DNA of 64,000 nt, taken from Epiperipatus broadwayi (lineage: Eukaryota > Animalia > Onychophora). The stretch spans positions 6,324,001-6,388,000 of the forward strand of contig JAQFVV010000005.1 in NCBI GenBank assembly GCA_028023455.1. Reading direction: 5' to 3'. Position 1 is the stretch's first letter. Every line of letters starts with the position of its first letter. This document shows positions 13,500 to 26,700 of the stretch, piece by piece. Under the pieces are notes generated by a model. It was not told where the DNA came from, made no database searches, and saw only the letters and a list, made by a program, of their open reading frames with translations. The position numbers and the translations under genes are program-made.

Positions 13500-16400
13500 T
13501 GTGACTTCTGCATAAGATTTGGAGCTTTCTATATTCATCATTGCATTAATGGTTTTTTGATAATAGCGAGTCATATAAACTCAAGTGAGGTCACATTAGT
13601 AACCACGTCTGTCTTAGTGGGATTCTCTCATCCCTTGTGCATGTATCCATTTTGTCCCTAAATATATTAGGATGTCTTCATGTATTTGAACCATAGATAA
13701 ATGTACATCTGGTACCATAATGAGAATTGTATATGTGCTAGTTCAAATGAATATTTTTTTCAAATGTTATACATTTGAGTGTCTATGTTATAATTTTGTT
13801 TTTAAATATTTTGGGAATATCCAAATAGATATTATCTAACATTGGGCATGTGAATAGAAATTTTTTTGTTTTAAATATTTTAGGAATATCTAACTAGATA
13901 TTATCTTACACAGGGCATGTGAATGGAAAATGTGATTATGTTTCTGATTCTCTTTACCATAGTTTATATATATATCTTCCATATCAGTGCAATCCCTTTT
14001 ATATATAGACATGAAGGATGGGAGTGTTTCAGGATTTACTTTTATGAGAAAATCATCCTTGTTTGGTTCCAGGCAATAATATTCGAATTTTTTAGTCAAC
14101 TATTTATTGGTTATGTTTAAAAGGGGATTGTTATTATCATTTGATAAAAAAACACATATTGGGTGTACCTCCCAGTATTTAATTTTATTTTGGGAAGGGC
14201 AGTATATTAAATTGGAGATGCACAATAAAGGGGAAGATAACTTATTTCAGTAATTGTATGTAAATAGTGGTTTATACATGATGGTGTAAGATTGTTTTAT
14301 TGAATTTAGAAAAAAATTCATTCAATGTGAACCCAATTCATTTTGAGATAGAGGGCACAGTCTTATTCAGGGAAATTGAAGGCACACACACCCCCCTAGA
14401 TAGAATGGTTTTTGCATACATTAATTATAAGTGAATAATGTGATATGCATCATTATTAGATTTAATCGGGTACTTGACATAGAGTGATAAATATGACTTG
14501 CAAAGAGTTGATTATATTACCCACTTTATTAATTAGTTTTCATTGTATCTGGAATCATGACGGCATCCTGAATATATAGACCATACACTAGATTTTTCTA
14601 AATCGAACTAGAGTATATATTTCTTTGAATTACTGGTTACAATTGTTAACAATTTTGGTGGGTTTTTTTGTTGTCAGAAAGACTGATATGTCATCCATGA
14701 TATGTAATACAGGAAATATTTGCTTTTAATCCAGTTATAAATATTCCAACTATCAATTGTTTTAACCCTTTTCCCGCCTCTTATGAGGCTCCTTGTCGAC
14801 ATCTGACGTCACTCTAACTCTGCCAGTTCTTATGCTAAAATATTCGTTTGACAGGTATTGAATAGGTTTTTAAAAGTTCTGTAAGATGGTGCCCTCTTCC
14901 GAATTATTTTACAAGTAAAAAATAAAAAAAAATGCATTTAAACCTAAACAAAGAAAGAACATTAGTTGTGATTGGTTGTTAGCATGCTCTCAGCCGAAAA
15001 AGACATTCTGATTGGCTGGAAAGAACAAAGAAACCGCCTGATCAAAGAAAATAAAGAAAAACGCTGAGATTTTCATTTCGAATATGATTTAAAGTATTAT
15101 AAAAGAATATTTTGAGAAATTACAAATTATTTTCAGAGAGAATACTAAAAAAACAAAATTATTTTCGAAAAATATTGAAGATTTTAGTAAAAATATTTAA
15201 GATTTAGTAAAAAGAAATATTTACTTTTCTATAACGTAAAAGTCGACCTTTTTGTTTATATTATAGCTTTTATGTTGCCGAAATTGAATATTTTAGAATA
15301 AATAAATAGCAATTTATTTTTGAAAGAACTTTCGTTCTCTTCATAACCTGAAAAATTAGTAATATACTTTTTATAAACGTATCTGAGTTGAATTTAATAT
15401 TATAGGCGAATATGTTTTAACAATAGGCTTTGTCTTCAGTTTGTGAGTTGGCCAATTAAAAGATCTTGATTTTTACCTCATACAACCAATAATATAATTA
15501 GCGGTTTAAGGGTTAAGAGGAATGATATAGAATGTCAATAAGACACTTAATGGGCAATCTTGTGGAATTGAATTAAATGGAATGAATGATGAAGAGTACC
15601 GTCTACTAAGTTATTTGAACTTCTCGACTTAGAAAATTTGTAATCAAGAAGATAAATGATCTAAGTACTGATGTATCTACTAATTCCTTGGATAAAATAT
15701 CAATTGGTATCATATAAAATGTTGATTTAATGTCCAGCTGAACTACAACTGGACCATATTTCTTATTATTTATATCAATTACTGAATCTGACAGCAATGA
15801 CAAAAAATAAGGTTCATTTATAGCTTTAATTAATGATTCCAGAACTTTAATCTCAAATGGATTCATTGAAATGGGTCAGATTTTGAAATGTGGATATATT
15901 TTCCTCCTTAACAAATGGGGCAAATGAGATGGGATGAAGTCCATGTATGTGATAGATTTTTTGTTACAAAATTAACTAAATTTGTCAGATATTTTGCTGT
16001 GAATTCACATGGTTATATACAGAGTGGAGTATTCCACATGTATTCCTTGATGACATGAGTTTGGCATGGAAGCAAGTTTTTCTATAAACTCTCTAGATAT
16101 GAAAGTTACAATATCTTTTGAAGGACATAGAAATTATTGTGAAGGATTAATTTTTTTTCCTTTTTGCATTATTTTTGAAATGTGAATAAAACGGCTCTAA
16201 TATGTTGCCTGCTATGATTGCTCTTCTATTATGATTACTGTCATAACATGATTTAATTGAGCTTGACCTAGTGGTCAGCAAAGGCACTGCCTAAACTATG
16301 TGAGTTTGACTAAGGTATATTTTCCTTTTTTTTATTGCTACATGAATCACAAGTTGATCATTATGCTTTCCTTGGAGCTATTACATTTATATGGTCCTTT

Positions 16401-17170
16401 CCTGAGGTAGCACTAAGCTTAATTCCTTGCACAAGTCATTTGTAAATGTTAAAATTTTTGAGGTGTGATTGGTTTCTTGTTATTTTATCTGTTGTATATA
16501 TTACGTTCACAAATGCAATCCATGTTTGTACAGGGTCCATTTCCAAGTCAAGAATTTTGAATAATGATATGTATATTTCTGAGAGGAGATTCTGAAATCT
16601 TCTTAGTGAGCAGTATCCAAATTTTTATCTATTGTGATCACAGATCTATATGTGAAATCATTTTAAGAGGAAGTTTTTAAGTGAAATGTTGATCATATAA
16701 TGCAATGTTGGCAAATAGAAAACAATGTTAATTAATGATGTGTATCTGCTATTATTGAAAGAATTCTGTGGAAAAACCCTACAGCTTATTGAAAGTGACA
16801 CAGAGGTTGCCTATTAAAATTATAATGTGATGAGGATGCAAATTTAGTTTAATGTTACCTGGAGAAATGTACACATATCCTATGTTCAGTGCTAGTCTTT
16901 TGCAATACACTGTAACAATTAACGTGTATGCATCAATATATATTATTTTGAATGAGCCAAATGGACAGGTTTTGTTTATCACAATTCCCATCCCCCAGTT
17001 GAAGGCAAGAATGCTGTTCTGGAGAATAGTCACAATTTTTAAAAAATTGGATAGATCTGTGTGTAATTTCTTATATGTCTTAAATTTCCAGCAATCCAAT
17101 TATGTGTGGCTGAATAATATGAAGCCTTTTTTTAAGATGATGGTTTTCTTTTTGAAAGTTTAATCCTCTG
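13500..17170 (-). mobile_element. Decayed I-group LINE (APE + RT + RNase H), interrupted by the element at 14766-15512
   Basis: APE-like GMGIVINK..YVYISP..IIILIGNL (ORF 16779-17099). RT-like LDIKSTFYMIPIDIL..ITNFLSR (ORF 15606-15866), then SIPQDCPLS and, across the insertion, HIMDDISV. RNase H-like KWIHAQG near 13640. Contains a ~69-bp tandem duplication at ~13794-13930. Confidence 0.75.
14766..15512. mobile_element. Non-autonomous piggyBac-like element with TTAA target duplication
   Basis: TTAA(14762-65)-CCCTTttcccgc ... gcggtttAAGGG-TTAA(15513-16). Removing it rejoins the PQG-like and YADD-like RT motifs of the host LINE. Confidence 0.75.
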
Positions 17171-17587
17171 ACATCATTGCTTCTGTGTATGAATGTAATT
17201 TCTTTTCACACATGGAGTTCATAGCAGTTGGCATTTCTATTGTGATTATTTAATGTAAATTCCTCTTATGAAGAGCTTTCAAAATGACTTATATATTAAA
17301 TTGTTTGATCTCTAATACTTAATATAACAATTCTGTTTGATTCCTTAAATAATCCAATGGACTGATAATGTTGAAATAGGTCAAATATAAGTCACAATAA
17401 ATACATGGTTCTTCTCCAAATTGAAATTATGCACTTTTAATGTGTTTAATTCATTATAATTTTGGTTTATAGAACCTGGTATCTGGTAAGATTAATTTTA
17501 AAAAAAATTAATTTTAAACTTGAATAGAATTTCATACATAAAATAAAGAGATCACATATTTGCCAACTTACATAATAAATTTCCATA

Positions 17588-17718
17588 GCGTAAGCTTGTG
17601 GTTAAAACACCCGTAGAGGTCCCTACTATCACATTTTTACACGCATATTATCGATGTTATAGCCTCAGTAAATATTACTTACGTAATCAATGTGCGTTTA
17701 ATAAATTTATAATTACAA
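17588..17718 (+). repeat. Family D unclassified repeat
   Basis: gcgtaagcttgtggttaa..ccgtagaggtccct..catttttacacgcatatt..aatcaatgtgcgttta..aattacaa recurs at 42266-42395. Confidence 0.85.
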
Positions 17719-17733
17719 CTTTAAAAGCAAATA

Positions 17734-18939
17734 CTATATTACTTCAAATATAAGACAACTTTTTTTCTAAATTTTGGACCCCTAAAAAAGAGGTTTTTTA
17801 AATTCGAAGTGAAAATTTTCAACTTCTATTTTTGTGGATCTTTACTTTATGCTATACATGCACATATTATTATGATGTTTCCTGTGTAGAATAATGTGGT
17901 AAATCGTTTTTAATTGATATTTTTATTAATTTCAAAAAAAGGCTTTAACTCTTTCTGAATGCTCTACTTTTAATATTATTTTTCTGATTTTACTGGTATT
18001 TTATCGAAAAAAGTTTACTAAATAACTTTAGAATATTTTTAAAACTAACAAATCAATACAACAATGAGATAAGAGCCCTGCCTTCCAAGGCACTGATTGG
18101 TTGATTGTTGTTCTCTCCACAAAAGTGCCTGTCAAAATTTTGGCAGTTCTGATATTTTCGTTTTGATTTTTAAAGTGAAAATGAATGTGTTAAAATCTTT
18201 TAATGTTATTTTGCTGAAATTGACAATTCTGATATTTTTGTTTTGATTTATAAAATGAAAATGAATCTTTTTGAATCTTAATATTATTTTGCCGATTTTA
18301 CCATTATTTTATCAAGAAAAGTTTACCGAATAACTTTTAGAATAGCTTCACAACTAATAAATAAATATAAAAATGATGTAAGAGCCTGCCTTCCACTGTC
18401 AAAATATTGACCGTTCCGATGTTTTGTTTTGATTTTTAAAGTGAAAATGAATGTTTTAGAATTTTTTAACACTATTCTGCTAATATTGACAATTTTGATA
18501 TTTTCATTTTGAATTTCAATGTAAAAATGAATATTTTAAAATCTTATTTTACACATTTAAAACTTTTTTCAGAAAATATTTGTAAAAATGTAAATTATTT
18601 TAGAAGAATGATTCAGATTTCAATAGAAAAATTGTACTTTACATGAAAGCAAATTGATAAAGAAATTACAATATTTGGCTGCAATTTAAATGGGCTAAAG
18701 ATGATGTAAGTGATGGAATAGTGAAGTGAGAATTCAAGTTTTGAAAGTGAAGATGTCGAAAGTGAAAGAACCATATATTTCAAGATGATTCACAATAAAT
18801 TAGGTGAGTTATATTAGTTTCGTATTTAAATATATATATATGCATCTTAAATTTAGGGGATAATTTTTTTTTCAATTTTTCGAACTTAAAATTCTACTAT
18901 GTCTTAAATTTGGAGGCACTTAAATTCAAAGTAATATGG
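17734..18939. mobile_element. Putative non-autonomous Tc2/pogo-type DNA transposon with internal nested repeats
   Basis: TA-ctatattacttcaaatataagac ... cacttaaattcaaagtaatatgg-TA degenerate TIRs. Internal ~75-bp subunits sit within a ~300-bp duplicated unit (~17960-18545). Confidence 0.5.
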
Positions 18940-19913
18940 TACTATTTATTTCATGTCACTGCAACCCTATATCATAAGCCACAGATATTAGAAGTGCAAA
19001 TGGATTTAATAAGGACTACAAACTACAGTCTATTGATTACTGATGCTTACAATAAATGGCAGGACTGGAGTAAAATAATATGCTTCAGCAATATTATACA
19101 CACTCTAATGTAATAAACATTTAATCTCAATCATAAAATAATGTAATTATCTGGTTATTTCTCACACTTATTTGTAGCAGCAGTTTAAAAATTATGTAAT
19201 TTTATTTGATGTCTAATTGTTTTGATAACTAATACATGAAATTAATTTTTGTAATACTACTAATTAATTATGAAATCTCAAATATAGAATCTTTAGACAA
19301 CTTACTGCAAAGATTATTAATCTCAAGTAGTGATTTTCTGCATCTTTTTGATGCAGAAAATTTAATAATTTAGTTAATTAAAGCATTGCTTCTGATCTGT
19401 AGATTAAGATTAGGCTCACAGTTTATGCCATCTAAATTCTACTTATATAATCTACAACCTACAATGGTAGGTTTAGTAATGATTATAAATATGTAGTATC
19501 TAAAATAACAAATCAATGAAAATAAAAAAAAGCTTTTATTGATCTTTACATTGTGACAAAGTTTGTAAAAGCAAATACTTCATAATGAGTGAATAGTCTA
19601 AATAAATAAAAATATATTAAAAATAACTACTATAGACTATACAAAGTTAATTAGTAATTACATCCAATAATCAGATCACCAAGGAAAACATTGAAATGTA
19701 GTGATTGTTTTATTTCAATTATCTTAATTGCTTTACACTACTATCATATGTTCATCATCTATATAGTAAAAAAAAGACCATCAAAATTATTTAATTCATC
19801 AGATGAATTCAAAGAGATTGTATATATTTAGAAACAATTTATTAAAAATAATTTAATTTATTCTCTTTTTTTTTTCACCCAAAAGTTATTAGAAATTTAA
19901 AGCAATATATCAT

Positions 19914-19990
19914 GTCCAGCATGGTTTGGTGGAATGACAAAATGGCAGACTTTGGATCTGAAGGTTCATGGATTGAATTCAGATCTGTCA
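19914..19990 (+). pseudogene. Possible decayed tRNA-derived sequence
   Basis: gcagactttggatctgaagg resembles a tRNA-Arg-type anticodon arm. A and B boxes are poor. Confidence 0.3.
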
Positions 19991-21214
19991 CTTCTGATGT
20001 TTAAATTTCTTATGAACTTTACCAAACAATAAATCTTTTGCATATTTATTTATTGAATAATATACAACATGTGGAAATTCTAAATTTTTGATTCTTCAAT
20101 TGGGATTAATTTGCAGTTCCATTTTCCCTGTTACAAGTATATCCATCCACAAATGTTTTCCAATGTTATACAAATAAAAATAATCAGATTAAATATAGGA
20201 GTTCAGAGATAAGATTTTATACTCATGAATAAAAGTAATTTTAGACTTAACAACTTAATCATGAGTAATTGTGATTAATTATTTGAAAGAAAATCTTAAA
20301 ATATTTACATACATAATTTTCTCATGTTTACTATTAACCAGAATAGATTTTTTTTCTGAATAAACTCTACAATTCCCTTCAGGTATTATTAGATGAAGAT
20401 GACTCTATCATTGCCGATATTAAAGCAATAAAGAATAGAACTTCCAATGATATTATCTTAATCTAAAGATTTTAACTGTAAGGAAGTACTTTTCAGATTG
20501 TAATTCCAAAACGTAATAAGTTTTTAAAAAATTGACTGTAATTATACATATGATCATAATATTAACCATTTCATTCAAAAAACAAACAAATAAAAAAAAA
20601 ACATAAGTTTGTTATAGAATATATTTTGATATTTGCTTTTAAATTTTATATGTTTTCTATTTTTTATTGCAGATATCATTAATGTCTGTTTGTTAGAAAG
20701 ATATTACATTCAACGCACATATTTTATCATTTTACTCTAATTTACATTGAAAATTTTCAAATAAAATATATAACATTAAATGTTAAAAACAAAATAGGTT
20801 GTTTACAATAAAATTGAAACAATAATAAAAAATTTGCATTTTGTTACTAGTCTGGTAATTTTGACATATTACATATATCTATTATAACATATTACATGAT
20901 TTTTAAAAATTTGTTTCAATTCTAATATTGTTCAATATAGAAGTCTTAATACAAATGTACATAATTCATATACATTCATATATTTATATTTTCAATGAAA
21001 ATACAGTGTATATATATATCTTTATTGAGAATCAGTTAACAGAGGATTGAACATTCACTCTCTTTTATATTTCGATCTGATGACTCACTTCAGAATGTTT
21101 TACTGCTTTAAGCATTCAAAATTATAGTGTCAAAAGGACGGAGAATAAAATTATTTTAATACATTATCCTTTTATCATGATATAAAAGTTATCCAAAATT
21201 GTACTTAATACTTA

Positions 21215-22015
21215 CTAAATAAATTGTACGAGAAAATCAAGAGTAACCGTACCAGTGAAATGATTCCTTTCATGATTCACCATAACATTTTTCTCTGCAT
21301 TTTTATAATCACATAAGGAGCACTTAAAGAATTCAGGAATAATGTGACATTTGTCTTCTGTACCTTTTTGAATAACTTTGCAGTAGTATAAGTTAAAGTG
21401 CAAACATTTTTTCCCTTCAAAATGAATTTTTACATGTCTTATTATACAACTTTTTCGAGCAGCTTTGTAATTACAGAATCTACAATGAAAAGGTTTTTTC
21501 CCCATATGATTTATTTCATGTTTTTTCACAACATTTTTATAATTTGCCCTGTAATCACAAAAGTTGCATTGGAAAGGTTTTTCTCTCGTATGTGTTCTTT
21601 CATGAGCTTTTACAATATATTTGTAAGCACCCTTGAAATCACAAAAACTGCATTTGAACGGTTTTTCTCCACTATGTTTTTTTTCATGTCTCATTAAATT
21701 ACTTTTTTGAGCAGCCTTGTAGTCACATAAGTTGCAATGAAAAGGTTTTTCTCCGGTATGAATTATGTTATGCCTCTTTAAATCTTTTCTGTAAATAGTT
21801 TTATAACCACAAAAAAAACAAGGAAAATAATTTTGCGAGTTGTCCAATGTTTTCAAATTATGTTTTTGAGTAGTTTTATCACATAAATTAAAATGTAAAT
21901 GTTTTGATTTACGATAAAATGTTTCAGATAATTTTAAAGTATTTGTTTGAGTAGCCTTGTAATCATTTACATCATTAATGAACATTTCTTTTTTTTTAAA
22001 AATCTTTTCATCCAT
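21215..22015 (-). CDS. C2H2 zinc-finger protein, 266 aa, 6 intact fingers plus degenerate N-terminal fingers
   Basis: Five tandem CxxC-x12-HxxxH fingers with TGEKPF-type linkers, a spacer, then a sixth finger. In-frame TAA four codons upstream of the ATG. AATAAA on the minus strand at 21021-21026. Confidence 0.9.
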   Translation of the reverse strand: MDEKIFKKKEMFINDVNDYKATQTNTLKLSETFYRKSKHLHFNLCDKTTQKHNLKTLDNSQNYFPCFFCGYKTIYRKDLKRHNIIHTGEKPFHCNLCDYKAAQKSNLMRHEKKHSGEKPFKCSFCDFKGAYKYIVKAHERTHTREKPFQCNFCDYRANYKNVVKKHEINHMGKKPFHCRFCNYKAARKSCIIRHVKIHFEGKKCLHFNLYYCKVIQKGTEDKCHIIPEFFKCSLCDYKNAEKNVMVNHERNHFTGTVTLDFLVQFI

Positions 22016-23445
22016 TTTGAAAAATTATAAAAAAGAGATCTCTATTCATATTAGATATTAGGATAATTTTTTTTATCTTGCATATATGTGATGTTTACAT
22101 AAATAATTTTGAAACTGATTAAGTTCAAATAGAGTAACTTTAATCTTTTAAGAATTTTTTTTATAACTAATTCAGTTATTTTCTAAAAAAAAATTGATAC
22201 TCATGCACAATTTGACCAAAGAAAATATTTTTCAGTTTTTTTTTCATTTCTTCAAATAGTGTTCAAAGCACTATGAATAATTAATTTTAACTGTTTTACG
22301 TTTTGGCATGGTATACTTTTCTCCACATAAATAAAACTATCTATAATTCTATTTTTCACAAACTACTGAATACAAAAAATATTATATATTTTTTTATGAT
22401 CAACTATTATTTTCTTAAAGTGCGTTTTTAATGATGGACCTTCTTTTCTCAAGAATAGGTAATTTATTCATTTGAAATACAAACTATTAAAAAAAAAAAA
22501 ACTTAAGATATTAAATTTATTTCCTCAAAAAATTATTTTCAGATTCTGTGTTAAAAATAACTTTATAGTACAGGAATGAAAGAAAAGTCAAATTAAGTAG
22601 CTTAAAATGGTCAACAATTTTTAGATTTTAAAATGTGTGAAAGCAACAATTAAAAATTAACATCATTTACATAAATGATAATCATAGTGAAGTAATAAAA
22701 TGTATTATGCAGAAAATATTTCTTCCATTTAAGATATTAAAAACAGACTGCTTTCAACAGTTGAGGCAGTTTTAAGTTGCATCAATTCATAACAACTTAT
22801 AACATTCAAAATATAATTTCCAAGTATGCAGTTTACAATCACCAATAAAAATAAATTTCTAAATATTGTTTTAAAAAAATACATTCCATATTTAGAATTA
22901 TTGCATTATATCTAAAGTTTCAAATCAAAAAAATTTAAAATTATATAGATTTTTGAAATCCTAATTTTGATGCATACAGCACATAGTGCTAATACTAATT
23001 AAAAACCTAACAAGGGAAAATTACAAATATTAAGAAGCAATCAAATCCAGGTACTTCCATTCTTAGCCAAACACTGGCTAAGTTATTTAATCAGTTAGTG
23101 TTTTAGTTATTATTATTAGTCTCCCAATAGACAACTCCATGGATAGGTCAATTATGATTCCCAGCCTAAAAACATTTATAAATCAATTAATTCTTATACA
23201 AAATCTGGGCAAAGATTCTTGTGGAGATTCTTATTCCTATTAATTTACAACATGAAATTGATCTATTTCTGGGCATTTCTTATAAAAATCTGAAGTTGTG
23301 TTGCTGATGAATTAAACTGGATGTTTATCTACAGAGTCCACATTTGCTGTATTTCCAATAAAGATAATATCCTTCATGTATAACTAATTATATGTTCAGG
23401 GAATCATCAGAATGGAAAACTGGAATCCCGTAAACATAAGCTTAC

Positions 23446-23587
23446 CAATAACTTTCACAATGTTATAAAAAGATTCAAGTCCAAAAAAATGCATTTATAT
23501 GAACCAGTTCTGATCTGATGCCATACCAATAACTTTATTCTACATATTTTGTAAATAAGAGTTTTTCAGAAATGATTTACTGCCAAT
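23446..23587 (-). other. Candidate non-coding (5' UTR) exon of the 21215-22015 zinc-finger gene
   Basis: On the minus strand a long T-tract + TAG acceptor (23589-88) and a G|GTAAGC donor (23445-40). Stops in all three frames. Inference from splice signals only. Confidence 0.35.
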
Positions 23588-25499
23588 CTAAAAAAAAAAA
23601 AAAATGTTAAAATATTAACAAATTGAAAAAATTAATAATCTTCGTTAATTTCTGCATATAGAAAACAAAATAGAATTGATAAAACATATAACATTTCCCC
23701 TTCATATATATATATTTGAGAACTCTTTCTAATCCTAGTACCAACCCCATTTCTTTTAAATATAGTAAAAGCAATAAAGGCGACATAGGGTATCCTTGCC
23801 TCTACTCTACATTATTTTTAACCCAGACTTCTCTATATCGTAAATAATAAATGTAATAATTATTTTCATATTAAAAATGGTAATTTTTTATCCATTCACA
23901 TTTTAAACAACGGTGTCAACAATTTATTTTTATTCACTATTTTATAAGTGTTTTTCTATATTTTCAAAAGTATTCTTACTCATTTATGTAAATTATGATA
24001 TTATATATAAACTATTATCTATAAACCTGTCAGGTTTAAAACTTTGTATTTGTCTCAATATTATTCTTTTCCATTCATTTAATTATCACATAATCTTATA
24101 GACCATTGAAACTACCACAACTGGTCTATAATAGTCTTTATCATTATCTTTAAATAACAATCCTACTCATGTATTTTTCCCAAGTATTTGAAACTTCTAT
24201 CAATAATTCCAAAACAACTTATTTGTAATTTATTAACTTACATATATAATAGCTTTATGACTAAGTTCAAACTTCATTTCGGCAACCTTTTATTCAAATC
24301 CATTGATAAGTGATATCCACACTAAACTATATTGTTAAGTAATTATGAAGAATAAAACAGATTCAAAGTAAATATGCTTTTTATTATGATGTGTTATCAA
24401 ACCATTCCTAAAATGATTTCTCATTTAGTCGAAAGTCATATTAAACATTTTCAAAATTTTATTTATTTAATTTTCAGAAGATTTATCATCTTTGTGGAAC
24501 AAATTTATTATCATGTAAATGGTTTTCATAAAGAGACATCATCTGATACATAGTAAAATTCCTTTTCAATCTCAGCCAAAAGTGTAAACACACTTTTTGT
24601 GAATGCTTGGTAAATTTAAATACTCATTCATCATTATGCATATCTAGTTGAGCTATTATTACTATAAATTGTAATCTTACAATATCACTGTAAATTGGCT
24701 ATTATATTTAAAAATATGAAAAAAATTTATGGGCTTTAATTTTTATGGTTAAGCAAATCATCGCTGCCATTGGTTGTATATAGCATAGAATATAACCAAC
24801 ATCATGTTTAATAGTCTATTGTACTAATGTGCATGAGAAATATAATATTATAAAGCATTTTTAATGGCTTTCCAAGCAGATTTTATTATTGACACTTATA
24901 TAAAATACATGGCATATATTTTGTCAATATTCTTGTTAAAGAGCAAATATATCAAATGGTATAAACAGATAGAATTGCTCACACACATAAAACAACTAAT
25001 TTCATACAGAAATAAAAAAATAGAATTATAAATTTAACATTACCACACTAAAATATTTTGAGGTAAAGCAATTACATTTAGAGTATATACATTTTATTTA
25101 TGTGCAGAATAAACAGTTGTTATATTTTGTGTGTTTGTGTTGAAGATTACATGTATAAATTTTAGATTTAGCAAAGAGTGATTTAGTTTGCTAAAATATT
25201 TATTTAATGGTATTCATTAAAAGATTAATTTATATTTAACTGAATATCTGAGATCTATTAAGTTTTATGATTTATTTATTTTAAATAAATGCTTGAATTA
25301 TTTTAAAACCCAGAAATGAAAATGAAACGATTGGAAAAGTCTGCAATTATTTTCTTTTTTTCCCTTCATTTTTAAATGGTGTTTCTAAAGATTTAAGATA
25401 CATTGATTCAAAAAAATCTTAACTCTAACACTTGCCTGACAATAACCATTAAGACAAACTAAGAAACCCCAATAAAATATGGAGAATATTCTGTAATCC

Positions 25500-26700
25500 A
25501 GACATTATGTGATAACTGATATAAAAGCTGGAGTTTGGAAAATCCAGACAGTGTTCATAAATTTTTATTGCATTCAGGGCCTAAACAGGTTCAAATTTTT
25601 AAATCATCATTTTGTTTGCCATCTACATGATGATCAGCTAGTTTCGGCATTTGTTAAGCAAAATGACTTCTCATTGTACTAGAAAAAGATGAACAACCAC
25701 AGATAAAACAAAAGCTATCATTAATTAATTCATTAATTCTTTATTTCAAGATATCTCCTTTATTACAGCCAGCTGTTAGTGGAAAAATGGACAAAGTGAC
25801 TTATGGAATGCTTTCTCCCTATTTCAACAATAAAACGCTGGATTTCTTCAATTGAAAGTAATGGTAAATAGCTGATAGATTTGAAAAATTATATTTATTA
25901 ACTTCAAATAAGTAGCTGATTTTTATTTTCAAATTATTGTAATAATAATTTTCTTCACTAAGAAAGGATGCATATTTATCTCAATGTTGTGAATTGTCTC
26001 ATCTTTAATTATGTAAGGGAAAACTTTGAACAATAATCTTTCAACTCAAATATCTCTCCATAAATTTGTCACTTAGAGAAATGAACTTTGATTCAAAAAG
26101 TAATGAAAATCACTTTGTTGTAGATGATTAACTATTTGCTTTGTCAGAGATACAATCAGAATCATTAACACCAAGAATTGAAGACCTATAAGTGAATAGA
26201 GTAATTATATATTTCAAATTAAAGAAGTAATGAATGCTAATCCTTTGGATAAAATTATTCCATCTGTTAAAATGAAATTAAACTGTTGTGTGTAACAATC
26301 CAGTGCTTAAAGAAATGCAGTACGGATTTTTCAATGCTAAATGTTTGAATCATCCAATGGATAATCGATTAGGAAAGCTAAATATTAAAATGCCACTCAT
26401 ACATTATGGATTATCAAGGCAAGTCTTAAATATGATAAATGATGAAGTTATAAGCAATCTTAAAAACAGATTAATGTGTTAAATATAATTACTTTAGATT
26501 AACAAGTATGCTTGTTTTAGAAAGAATTACATTACAAGATGAAATTATTTGTGTTTTCCATCATCTGTGATGCTGTTATTTTAAGCGTTTGTAAATTCTG
26601 AAATATTTTTCAAGTATCAATATTTCAATGGGATAAATTTTACATTGTCACAATTGTTTGAGGATTATTTAATGCATTTTCTCGTAATTATTTCTTTCTT
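25500..26700 (+). mobile_element. Possible very old DNA-transposase (hAT-like) remnant
   Basis: Fragments such as KRWISS, AYLSQ..L*LCKGK and FPSS loosely follow the order of hAT motifs. Weak; boundaries approximate. Confidence 0.25.
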
